Shown: positions 9,233-20,000 of the stretch, piece after piece
Layout: every line of letters begins with the position of its first letter
How positions within the stretch are numbered: the stretch's first letter is position 1
Virus record (IMG/VR): IMGVR_UViG_3300030330_004628
Coordinates: 6,841 to 70,840 of that record
Direction: 5' to 3' (one strand)
Length of the DNA: 64,000 nucleotides
From: a virus
Taxonomy: Duplodnaviria; Caudoviricetes
Position numbers and translations under genes: made by a program
Notes under the pieces: generated by a model
Database searches by the model: none
What the model was told of the DNA's origin: nothing
What the model saw: only the letters and a program-made list of their open reading frames with translations

Positions 9233-10297
9233 TTACAAAAATAAATAATTTATACCAATCTTAAATTCATGTAGTGGCTTCATCCAATATCTCTGGTGAG
9301 TTCCCTCCATAAATAATCCCAAGCTTTTTGTTAACCTAACCCCCAATACAAGACCTGCGTCCCATTCTATTACGGCTGGTATAGGGTCTTCCTCCCACTG
9401 GGGTAGTGTGTAATCGAAGCTATAATCATCGAGTCCAACATGGTAAGGAAGAATATTCATCCAGCCGTGTAACCACCATTCAGGAGTCCATTTGTAATAA
9501 GCAACTCCCAGTGTAACGGATAATTCTTTTTGTAGTCCTAGTTTTTCTAATTCACTATCATTAAAATCATCAATAGCATTACCAAAATGGTACTCCATAA
9601 ACTCTCCTGTTGTGTGAGCCACTTGTACTGAATCTCCACTAGATATATCAAACCAATCATAGTTAACGTAGTTTCCCTGCATCCATTGTTCACTTACATA
9701 ACCAAAGTCTTCTGCTATAGCGTTAAATGGTGTTACTGCGGGGTCCCAAAACTCATATATTGGTAAAAAGCCATATGCTGGGTGCACTCTAAATGCTCCG
9801 CCTATTGTAAAATCCCAATTACCAACGTTTTTACGCCATTTAAGCTCAGATAATATATATTTAAGGTCTACCCTTTGATTGTCCACAAACTGTGCTTTAA
9901 AAACATACGAATCACTCAAATAACGTAAGAAGAAATCCTGATTTATGTACTCTTCTCCCCTATCTCGTATAAATGAAATATTTGCAAGGTACTCAAAACC
10001 CTTTGCATTACCTATGGGGGCTTTATTAGACATTGTAGACTCTGTTCCATCATAAAAAGACTTAATCTTTCCCTCATAATCAAAACGAGCCACTTTGCGC
10101 CATCCTAATGTAAAATTATAATCATATGGATTAATTTCTGTTATATCTATAAGTTGTTTGTCTTCTATCTTAAACATGCCGTCTTCTAGGGTAGAAGAAC
10201 CCATTGTAGAAGACGCGTAAAAAGTAGAATACTTAAAGAAGTTTTGTGAGCTACATAATGTAGTTAACAATATAAAAAATAATAATATCTTTTTCAT
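9233..10297 (-). CDS. Putative outer-membrane beta-barrel protein (start corrected to MKKILLF at 10297)
   Basis: Signal peptide ending ..LCSS/Q, many alternating amphipathic beta-strands, C-terminal beta-signal-like FKIGINYLFL. Confidence 0.65.
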   Translation of the reverse strand: MKKILLFFILLTTLCSSQNFFKYSTFYASSTMGSSTLEDGMFKIEDKQLIDITEINPYDYNFTLGWRKVARFDYEGKIKSFYDGTESTMSNKAPIGNAKGFEYLANISFIRDRGEEYINQDFFLRYLSDSYVFKAQFVDNQRVDLKYILSELKWRKNVGNWDFTIGGAFRVHPAYGFLPIYEFWDPAVTPFNAIAEDFGYVSEQWMQGNYVNYDWFDISSGDSVQVAHTTGEFMEYHFGNAIDDFNDSELEKLGLQKELSVTLGVAYYKWTPEWWLHGWMNILPYHVGLDDYSFDYTLPQWEEDPIPAVIEWDAGLVLGVRLTKSLGLFMEGTHQRYWMKPLHEFKIGINYLFL

Positions 10298-10301
10298 TAC
10301 A

Positions 10302-10309
10302 CAAATATA
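10302..10309 (-). promoter_or_regulatory. Bacteroidota sigma70-type -7 element TATATTTG, 4 nt before the beta-barrel ATG
   Basis: Exact TAnnTTTG match; lies in a 16-mer identical to the one at 14021-14036. Confidence 0.7.
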
Positions 10310-10313
10310 CAAA

Positions 10314-11456
10314 TTAAAATTTATTAGCTATATACTGATACTTTCTTTGAAAATAATATAACATATTAGACCATCTTCTTTTAAAATTACGATTAAAAAA
10401 AATAACATCACTTGCTCTTGGACCAGAATGCTCGTTCTTAAAAATAAGAACTTCATATATAAAACCCTTAAAAGTGCCAGTTGCGCCCTCAGAACTACTC
10501 ATTCTAGGCTGTCCCCCTATAGTTATACTAGGATGATGTAAACTAGCTCCAGTAAATTCAAAAGTTTCATTTAAGCCTCCTGACCAACCAGTGCCTGACA
10601 TACCACTCATAGTAAAGCCAGGATTCCACAATCTCATATATGTTGGAGAAGGATAATCTCCTGGACTTGAACTAAATTCAGAAAATTGATGATGAAAACC
10701 ATCAGCCTGCAAACTAGTATAACCACTAGTGGGTTGATTATTATTATACATTTCATAAGAATTCCACATATGGTAATGAAACTTCCTGTCATCTGTAGTA
10801 TCATACTCAGTATATCTTAATTGCCTTCCTGATATTTGATTTGCATCATATATTTCTAATGTCCCTTTGTAAGAAGTGGTATCTGCAAAAGAAAAACTTA
10901 ACCATTGATTTGGTGTAGGGTTTGCTGCACCATAATCATTTGTTGTCATAAAAAACACATCTTGCCTTTGGTCTACATCTGGGGTTAATCTTTTGCACAC
11001 AAAATACATAGTGCAAGTGTTTAAATCTATATCCGATGTAGAAAAATCTGTATTATTTACACTGCCACTATTTTGTTTAGTTGCCTCTAAAAACTGTGAG
11101 CCATTAAAAACGGCAAATGATGGATTTCCCGAATTACCACCTAAAAATGTAGGACATAATGAAGATGCTCCAGTTTGAGCAACGTATTGACCAAGAGCTT
11201 TATTTCCAGCAGTAGTCATGTTTTCATTAAGGTCACCCTGAAGATAAGCTTTATTGTAAGCTAACAATATACTTTCACCAGCAGTAGGGGGAGCAGAACC
11301 ACCGCTACTTACGCTTCTTAAAGAAGATACATCTGTAAAATCTACCCAGAATATTAAATCGGGGTCATTAGCCCTATCTTCTGTTACATATTGAGCCTCT
11401 ACTTCTAAAGGATTTAAAAACCTTCTTCCTCGATTATTATTAATACGAGTAATCAT
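10314..11456 (-). CDS. LamG/concanavalin-A-like jelly-roll virion protein (fibre tip/lectin)
   Basis: LIFWVDFTD...Q...PTF...FAVFNGSQFL...FKGFIYEVLIF...YFQRKY pattern. Confidence 0.6.
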   Translation of the reverse strand: MITRINNNRGRRFLNPLEVEAQYVTEDRANDPDLIFWVDFTDVSSLRSVSSGGSAPPTAGESILLAYNKAYLQGDLNENMTTAGNKALGQYVAQTGASSLCPTFLGGNSGNPSFAVFNGSQFLEATKQNSGSVNNTDFSTSDIDLNTCTMYFVCKRLTPDVDQRQDVFFMTTNDYGAANPTPNQWLSFSFADTTSYKGTLEIYDANQISGRQLRYTEYDTTDDRKFHYHMWNSYEMYNNNQPTSGYTSLQADGFHHQFSEFSSSPGDYPSPTYMRLWNPGFTMSGMSGTGWSGGLNETFEFTGASLHHPSITIGGQPRMSSSEGATGTFKGFIYEVLIFKNEHSGPRASDVIFFNRNFKRRWSNMLYYFQRKYQYIANKF

Positions 11457-12178
11457 ATCATTTTAGGAATTAAATAAGCCACAGCCCTTACAAACTGTCC
11501 AAGCCTCACAAAATTCCATCTGCCGTATAATATAACGCCTTCTACTATATTATCTCCAGCTACAAAGGGTCCAGCAGTATGATTTACATCATCAGCATCT
11601 AAACAATCTTCTATTAAAGCTGTTGATTGTTCTACTATTGCTGGAAAAGTTAAACACCTTTTACTTCCCGCCACATCTAATTGAGACGTTAAGTTTGAAG
11701 GAGAGCCACCTAAAGATGTAGATAATTGTATTGTTTTATCATTTTCATTTTTGCTTACAACATAATATGTGGTTGCAGAATGTGGAGCAGTAGAAGTTCC
11801 TATAGTATAACTTGACAAGCCTAAAGAAGAATCTGTTTGCCCCCTCTTCCAATAATTACAAGTATGGCCAACTCTTATATACTTCCAGTCTAAACTATTT
11901 GTAATTTTTATAGTATCATTAGCAGAGCTAACATTATTACCGTTAAATTGAAGAACCATAGAGCCGCCAAAATGTGTACCCCAATACAAAGGGTGCATAT
12001 CATCTGCAACTAAATATTGAAATGAATTATCTATAGCAGAAGACTCCCTATTACTTAATATATGAATAGCTCCTATAAGATATTTACTAGAGCCTAATAA
12101 AGATAATTGTTCCCCAGAATCTAACGTCACCGACCCATATTGACCCAGTGAAAACTTGGATAGGTCGTTAACATTCAT
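11453..12178 (-). CDS. Putative fibre/virion protein (paralog of 12182..12802) with internal insert
   Basis: Shared pattern YWGT/YFGT and G-x-x-x-x-GRW-x-x-[IV]-x-L...A[VI][AV]YL. Confidence 0.5.
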   Translation of the reverse strand: MNVNDLSKFSLGQYGSVTLDSGEQLSLLGSSKYLIGAIHILSNRESSAIDNSFQYLVADDMHPLYWGTHFGGSMVLQFNGNNVSSANDTIKITNSLDWKYIRVGHTCNYWKRGQTDSSLGLSSYTIGTSTAPHSATTYYVVSKNENDKTIQLSTSLGGSPSNLTSQLDVAGSKRCLTFPAIVEQSTALIEDCLDADDVNHTAGPFVAGDNIVEGVILYGRWNFVRLGQFVRAVAYLIPKMI

Positions 12179-12181
12179 AAT

Positions 12182-12802
12182 TTAAAATGTTTGTGAAGTC
12201 GCTGCTTTTAAATACACAATAGCACTTCCTTTAGAAGAAAGAGATATTTTTTTCCATCTTCCTTCAAACAATGTTCCCGAAGGTAATTCTAAACCAGTAG
12301 CCAAAATATCCCCTATTTCTCCTTCAGCACCAAATCGTGTTATATGGTCATCAAAACTTGTCCAAGTTCCACCATTAGGAGCAAGTGTTCCAAAATAAGC
12401 TGTTGAACAAGGTATTAATATATCAATTTCAGTATCACTTTCATTTACATTACTAGTAGACGCAGAGCCTAAGGGCATAATACCTACTATTTCAAACTTA
12501 GGAGCCAACTCTAACGTGTCATCATCTACTAAAGTATGTTTTATTCCATTTACAAATGTAACAGTGTTTGTTGCAGAAGAGGCAACTGTTCCAACAGCTC
12601 TTCCTGTTAATCCACTTATTACTTTATCTCCAGCAGAAAGTCCTGTTCCAGCCACATCAGCTACAGTAACCGATTTAGTACCAGCAGAATGAACGCCATC
12701 AACAGTAATTCCATGAGCAGCACTTGGCCCTCTAAGGTCAAGTGTTCCGCTTGCAGCTAAAATTAATGAAGCATCGTATAAACTTGTTTTATGTATAGGC
12801 AT
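12182..12802 (-). CDS. Putative fibre/virion protein (paralog of 11453..12178)
   Basis: C-terminal LPSGTLFEGRWKKISLSSKGSAIVYL; small-residue-rich beta composition. Confidence 0.5.
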   Translation of the reverse strand: MPIHKTSLYDASLILAASGTLDLRGPSAAHGITVDGVHSAGTKSVTVADVAGTGLSAGDKVISGLTGRAVGTVASSATNTVTFVNGIKHTLVDDDTLELAPKFEIVGIMPLGSASTSNVNESDTEIDILIPCSTAYFGTLAPNGGTWTSFDDHITRFGAEGEIGDILATGLELPSGTLFEGRWKKISLSSKGSAIVYLKAATSQTF

Positions 12803-12813
12803 ATCTTATATTT

Positions 12814-13056
12814 TTATGGTCTTCTTCCTCCTTCTTTACCTTTGCCGCCTCCCCCTTTTGGTGGTGGTGATGAAGCTTTTTTTGGAGCTTTTGGAGTCAT
12901 GACCTTAATGTTTCTACTTTTAGTTAATTTTTTAGCTTTAACTCTTGATTTAGGTCTAGCTTTTTTTGCACTAGCTTGCTTTGATGTGCCAGTAGGAGTT
13001 GCTGATTGTCCACTTCCTGTTTGAGCTGGCCCTATTTGGTCTAATAAACTTGCCAT
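12814..13056 (-). CDS. Lys/Pro/Gly-rich basic protein (H1-like, possible DNA condensation)
   Basis: 80 aa; low-complexity basic tail KKARPKSRVKAKK...PKAPKK. Confidence 0.55.
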   Translation of the reverse strand: MASLLDQIGPAQTGSGQSATPTGTSKQASAKKARPKSRVKAKKLTKSRNIKVMTPKAPKKASSPPPKGGGGKGKEGGRRP

Positions 13057-13067
13057 AATTATATTGT

Positions 13068-13493
13068 TTAATGTGTTGTATCTTCAAATATGTGAAGAAA
13101 TTCATATTCTTGTGTTGCGTTACTTGCGTGTGTTACTTTAAAATCATTATCTGCTTGATAAGGAATTAAAGCGGCTCCTCCTGGAGGAATGTTTCCAACT
13201 ACTGTAGAGCCTAGCGTAACTAAAAGCTCTTCTCCTGATGTTGAAGATAAATTTTTTAAAAAAACATATCCATTTTTTGTGCTAGTAACAAGACTCGCTG
13301 TTATAATAGTTGTAATAGCTGTTTGTCCATTTGAAATTCTTTGAATACCACTTGATACATCTAAATTATCTGTTAAAGAGCCTCTTTTTCTCATTGTAAA
13401 ATTGCAGTATACACTTATAGGAGAGCTAGATATAGTAGAGCTCTTTACTGATACACTTGCTGTTACTACTGGTGTTGTTGGATTAAAAGCCAT
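13068..13493 (-). CDS. Small virion beta-protein (paralog of 13512..13997)
   Basis: Shared MA[FY]..T.P...AS...., GY[VL][FY][LI].N and final EY/EF-hydrophobic strand. Confidence 0.55.
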   Translation of the reverse strand: MAFNPTTPVVTASVSVKSSTISSSPISVYCNFTMRKRGSLTDNLDVSSGIQRISNGQTAITTIITASLVTSTKNGYVFLKNLSSTSGEELLVTLGSTVVGNIPPGGAALIPYQADNDFKVTHASNATQEYEFLHIFEDTTH

Positions 13494-13511
13494 TTTTTTC
13501 TTTTTTAATTA

Positions 13512-13997
13512 TTATAATTCTTGTCCTGGTATATATCCTGCATCCGCACCCTCATATATTACCATATACTCTAGTGGCCATGTATCGTCTGTTGATAAAA
13601 CAGTAATATCCGCTCCATCATGAAGTGTTACAGGCATATATATAAAATCTCCCTCAAACAACTCACAAAGCAAAGCTCCAGACACATCTGTTTCATATAT
13701 AGAAAACTTTCTAGTTCCTTTAGTAGTTGTATTTGGGTTGGCTATATACAAATAACCTCTACCTCTAGTAGCAGATGCGCTTGCAGCAGTATAAGACGAT
13801 GTGTCAAATACTAAAATTCCCGCATTACTATTATTAGTTCCTAAAACTCTTTTTAATCCCGTGCTTCTTTTACATCCAGCTCCGTGAGTAATATCATGAA
13901 GTTGCATTCTATTAGACACAGACACATCGGAAGATGTATACCCAGATGTACTTATGGTTAATGAAGCTGTTGCCGTGGGTGTAGTTGAATATGCCAT
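13512..13997 (-). CDS. Small virion beta-protein (paralog of 13068..13493)
   Basis: See the paralog; has its own upstream TAnnTTTG promoter. Confidence 0.55.
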   Translation of the reverse strand: MAYSTTPTATASLTISTSGYTSSDVSVSNRMQLHDITHGAGCKRSTGLKRVLGTNNSNAGILVFDTSSYTAASASATRGRGYLYIANPNTTTKGTRKFSIYETDVSGALLCELFEGDFIYMPVTLHDGADITVLSTDDTWPLEYMVIYEGADAGYIPGQEL

Positions 13998-14021
13998 TAT
14001 TTTATTCTTTTATAGATTATA

Positions 14022-14029
14022 CAAATATA
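14022..14029 (-). promoter_or_regulatory. Bacteroidota -7 promoter element TATATTTG
   Basis: Exact TAnnTTTG match in the gap after the vRNAP stop codon. Confidence 0.65.
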
Positions 14030-14036
14030 CAAATTA

Positions 14037-17000
14037 TTATTTATTGTCTTTTTTATAAATTAAATCCCTCAAAAACATAGGCATAGTTCTTGAAAAACTA
14101 CCTTTTGCTTTAAGGTCTCCCGCCTCAAATCTTTCTGTTTTTCTTTGGTATTTAGCGCCACTAACTAGCTGAGACATTCCTATAGCTATATTCTCCCCTG
14201 TTTGTAACATTGGTGCACCAGCCATATACAATAGCTTATTTACATTAACTAACAACATCATATCCATCATTAGGTCTTTTAGTTCTCCAGCAACACCGCT
14301 TTCATCATCTTCATCAAAAGCCCCTGCTAATATAGCTAAAAATCCTACCATCATAAAAAATGCACCCCTTCTCATAAACTTTTGTACAGCCTCTTGTTCA
14401 AATTTCTTAAGGTCTCCAAATTTTTTCCTAACGTCTCCAAGGTTTCCATCATGAAAAACATCTTGAACAAATTTACTAGTCATTCTCCATGAGCCTATTC
14501 TTTTTTCTCCAAATCTAGTAATTTTTTCTCCACCCACTCTATCCATTAAGAATGTAGGAAACCATCTTTTAAACTGAAGAAGTCCATTTACTATAAAATA
14601 GTTTTGTACTAGTCTTTGGTCAGTAGCAGTATAACCTCTACCTTGAACACTATATACATTATCTTTCATTTGTTGAGCTGATGGAGTTTTGTCTGTTCCC
14701 TTTTCTATCGTATCAAAAACCTCTTGATTTGTTACAACTAATTCTCCGTCTACCATTTTATAAGAATTCCATTGAGCTTCTGTTAATTGAGAAACAAAAG
14801 CTGCTCTTTGAATATAAGCCTCTGAGCCAGTCATAAACATAAACATAAGCTGTCCAAATGGACCTCCAAACATTCCCTCTGTTGTTTGTGTTGTTGGCTC
14901 AGAAATAAGACCAAAGTGTTCTGTGATACCCCAAACTTTATTATTAGAAAATCCTCTAGCTTTGTAAGCTTCTCCCCAGAATCTTTTTTCACCAACCTTC
15001 ATGGTACCCCAACCTGCTCTACCAAATTCATTATACTTACCTATAGCAATATTAAATGCAGCAACACCAGGCTTAAGAGCTAAGCCTATAAACATTGTCC
15101 ACCCCATTAATATTTCAGATATTTTATCAAGGCTAGTGCTTTTACCATCTTTACTTAGCAAAGATTTTTTACCCTCTCTTAATAAATAAGCATTTTTATA
15201 AAGTTCAGTTACCCATCTTTGAGCTAAAGGGTTTCCTTTAAATTCTTGATAGTTTATTATACCATCTATTATAGGCATAAGATTCATAGCTCCTCCATAA
15301 GAGAAGCCCTTTGCTTTACCTACTTTAGAATCTAATCCATGATAAAAGAAATTAGTTTCTATATATGAGTTTAAATTAGCATGTATTTGAAACGAAGAAG
15401 CAAACTCTGCACTTTTAGAACGAGCCCTAGTATATCTATTAAACCTTGTTGCCTCTGTTAAGTTTTCAGTATTTTGATATCTTACAGCAGGTAATTTTGC
15501 AGCATCTATACCAGATTTTAAATGTCCTTCAGCCTGCCTTACTAGTCTTTTTATTTTATTCTTTCTACTCCAATCATTCACCGATAAACCCTGATAAGCT
15601 TGGTCAACTTTAGCCTCTTCTATAAATTGTCCTAATGTAGCCACCCTTCCACTTTCGTCTTTAACATGAATATCTCTTAAAGAGGAGTCATAATTGTGAG
15701 CTATATATGATGATGTCAAGTTTCTATTAATCATCATCTCAAACTTACTAGCTTTACGTTGTGGAATATATAGTTTTTGTTTATCTCTTTGTAAAACAGG
15801 TTTTCCATCATTACCCTTCTTAATAGATAAGTGGTCATGAAATAATCCTGTCATTTCTGTGTACATATTATAATAGTTAAGCTCAGCTTTAGTAAGATTA
15901 TTGCCCGCAACCTCTTTTAATCTAAGACTTCTATAGTATTTTCCATCATCTCCAACTTCCTCTACAACCTCTACAAGATTACCAAATATATATTGATTAA
16001 ACATTTTGACATATCTTACTGCAGGTATAGTCATATACACAGCTTTTAACATCCACCAAGGAATAATTTTACCCTTAAACTTTTCTTTTAATAAAGCATT
16101 GTAAGCGTCGTCTGTTTTTTTCTTTAACTTCTTAAGCTCTCTTCTGTATTGCATTTCAGACTTATCAACCTCTTTAAGCATTTCTCCTATCTCTGTTCTT
16201 TCTGCAGTTGTAATGTCTGGAGAAAACCACAAATCTCCTTGAGATATATCTTTATATCCTTTCTCTCCTTTTTCAATCTTTATTTTAAGATTATTAAGGT
16301 CAGCCTTTTCTTCAGTAGATAAATCTTTATTAATTTCTAGTATACGATTTACACTATTCATAGCCATTTTAGCGGCCATAATTTTAGTTATTTCTTTATA
16401 TAGTTTAGCAGAAGCTGTTTTATCTAAAGGGTTAATATCATTTTTAATTATTAAATAAAGCCTTCTAACACTGTACTTTCTTTTTTCTAATTCTGTAACG
16501 CCTAACGCATCTTTCTTTAAATACTTTTCAGTTAAATCTTCTACTATAGTTCTATCCTGTATATATTTTATATGAGCCTTGTCAAGGTCTGCTTTATCTT
16601 CTGGAGATAAATTATTTATATCAGACACACCATTTTGTCTAGCATAATCTGCATAATTAAGTTCTGTTTTTTCATTAAAGAATTCTACTTCTTCTACAAG
16701 TTGGAACATTTGTTCAGAACCATACTTGCCATCATGGTCTAATATATTTCTACCATCTTTAGTTTTACCTATTGGTTTGTTTTCGTGAGTAGAGACTAAG
16801 CCCTCGTCTTGAAGTTGATACATCTTAACAGCACCCTTATCTTTCTTTTCTCTAGTAAGCTTTTCATTAGAAGGAATACTCTTACTATCAAATACAGATG
16901 TTTTACCAGCTTTTAACACAGGAGATAGTTTAACATTTTTACCACCATCAAACACCTCATATATCATTTCTACATTATGCCCATTGTTTGAAGGTAGATT

Positions 17001-20000
17001 TATTTTAACAAATGCACCTGGAACTATCTGGCTAAATCCAGCTAATCTTTTGTTAACATATATACTCCCAGCTCTTGTTTCTGTGTTTTTATAATCTAAT
17101 ACTTTAGTTACATCTTTAACCCCTTGTTTATTGTTTAATAACACAGAATGAGCAGACTTTCTAACATCTATATCACTCAAAGAGTCATTACTTCTATTGA
17201 TAATATTATTTGTAGAAGCCTTTATAATTTTAGATTTTTGTTTACCATATAAATATGGGAATAAACTATTTACACCTCTGTTGTTGTTTTCAACTGCTTC
17301 GTATAAATAAAGAAAATCTTGAATGTCTGAAGGAAGTTTATCAAACAACTCCTTTACACGTTTAGGCTCCATGTTTTTAAGAACATCTTTATTTGGCTTT
17401 ATAGTATACTCGCCATCTTTCCTAAACTCTCTTTTTAAATTTTTAAATTGACCATCTACAATTCTTGTTACAGCTTGGGTGTTAGTTTCGTTGTGTGTAA
17501 CATATCCTGTTGGTTCGTCTTTCTTTTCTATTCTTAATAGATTTCTTATAAACTCATAGTTTTCTGAACCTTTTTGTGAATCTATTTGCCCTATAATGTC
17601 ATGGAATAAATAAGATAAAGGAACACCATCTTTAAACATATTGTTTAAATTTTCTAAATAAGCTGTTTTATCTTCTTTAGTTAAGGGAGTTGATTCTAAA
17701 ACAGAGTCCATCACCCTTTTTGTTACCCCAAAAACATCACCATAAACACCTTGTCTAAATAAAGATTCAACACGAAGTCTAGCCATTATAGATTCAACAA
17801 TCTGTTTCTTTCCCTTTTTAGTAACTTTGTTTTCTATAGAACCCATAGTATCTCCGCCAATAGGGAAGATTTTATTAACAATCTGGTGTTCATTAAATGC
17901 TGGGTCCATCTTTCTTCTAACATCTGCATATCTTAAAAGAGTTTCAAAATTCTTTTGAACAAGAGGATTGTTAAAAGTTATAGCATCTTTAACTACATTA
18001 AAGTTTCCTTCAAATATTGCTCGTCTTAAGGTTTCAATATCTTTATTAGAAGAAACTAATTGAGAAACATCTAGTTTAGATTTTGTATCACCTGAGGCAA
18101 GAATTAATAAAGAATCTATAAGCTCAAACCCCTCAACTGTTGTTTCAGGCATATTAGAGTCAAGACTAGATATCTTTCTTATAGCATCTAATTCTTGTTT
18201 AGCATTATGATTGTTAGTTTTAGAAATTAAAGTCATTACATCATCTACTACCAAAGAGTCTGTGTTAATGTCTATAGAAACAGCATCTGTATTATTATAA
18301 TCTAATTTTTCATTAACAAGAGCTGCTAAACTTTTTGCCTCACCATTTTGAACCTGCTTAACAAGGTTTCTAACTATAGGGCTTTGTAATATCTTAACAG
18401 CAGTTTCTAGTTCTACACCTCTAGAAATTAAATCTACATATGTGGGGAATGTGTATTCATTTAAGTTAAGGTCAGCAGCAAATCCTTTATTAGCATCATC
18501 TAAAAACATATTAAGTATGTATGCTAAGTTTAACCAAGATTTACCTTGGTCTTTATATGACCTAACTACAGGAACCCCATCTATCTTAGTGTTAAGTTCC
18601 ATTCCAAGAACATTACTAGAGCTTAATATTTTATGTGCATTATTATATGTTGCAGATATACCAATATTCTTTTGTCCTTCTCTGTTAGACAAGTATATAT
18701 CTCTATTGTCTTTAATACTCAAATCATCTAAAATAGGAGCTTCAATTTTTAAATTTTTCTTTATGTTATTAACAACACCATCCAATGCATTAATACCGCT
18801 TTCTGTATATACTTGATTTCTACCATCCATTAACATGTCAGCCATATTGTCAAAAGCATCATTCCACTTTTGTTTAGAGCTACCTTCTCTTGCGTTTTTG
18901 TTTTTACCAACTATATGTAAAGCGTCTCCATCTAAATCAGAACCTAATATACTAGACACATCAGATGAAACTATTACCATTGTTCCCTGTCCTTTTGTAA
19001 TAGATTTAACTTTACATACAACGCCATCACCCATTTTAGATGTAGGTATTCTTTGAACTATTATAGTGTCGCCTTCTGTAAGTTTAAGGTTTTTAGCAGT
19101 AGACTCGTCTATTATAACTTCTGCTGGTGTAATAACATTACCGTCTAAATCTCTTTCATATCCCTTTAACCCCTCTGATTTAGATATAGAGTTAGCAGGA
19201 AGTTCTGCGCCTACAGCAAAGTCAGTAGACTGAACACCTAACCCACCAGGCCCTCTCATTTTAGTAGCCTTCTTAATTATATTGCTTCTTACTATTGACT
19301 CTATTACCTCAAGACTTCCGCTATCTAAACTTCCATCTTCTAAAAGTTTTATAGTAGACTTACCATATGTATCAGGGTCAACAGCACCCAACACTTCTTT
19401 TAATATAGAGTTTAACTTTTCACCAGTTATTGTTTTTTCATTTCCACCATACTTATTAAAGATAGCATCAGTTGGTGATTTAAATGCATCTACTAAAGAT
19501 GACATAAGAGCATCCACTTCTTCTTTAATTTCAGCATTAGAATACATCATAAACATAAGTTGTTTAGATAAAGTAGCATCACTACCCATTTTATCTAACT
19601 CAGTCTGAACACCAAAGAAAGAACCATCTAATCCATACTCTACCTGACCGTCTTTACTGAATTGAAATAATTCATTTTGACTCTTAGCTAATGCATCTAA
19701 ATCAGATAACTGGTCAACAGTCTTGTAGTGTTTACCAAGATTACCTGTTACCTTAATAGCAGACTCTGTCATTATTATAGGAACAACCTTAGTTCCTGCT
19801 CTACGAGTTTGAGCTCTTCTAGCTCTTAATGCTCTTTGTAGTGGTGCAAAATTAGGATTGTCTTTCACAAATTCTTTTGTAAGTATAAAGACATTTGTTT
19901 TCCCATAGAAAGGATGTCTCTTACCAACTTTAGATTCTAATGTTTTATTGTCTAGGTTTTGTCCATAGTAAACAAACTTATAGTGTTTTCCCACAGGTCT

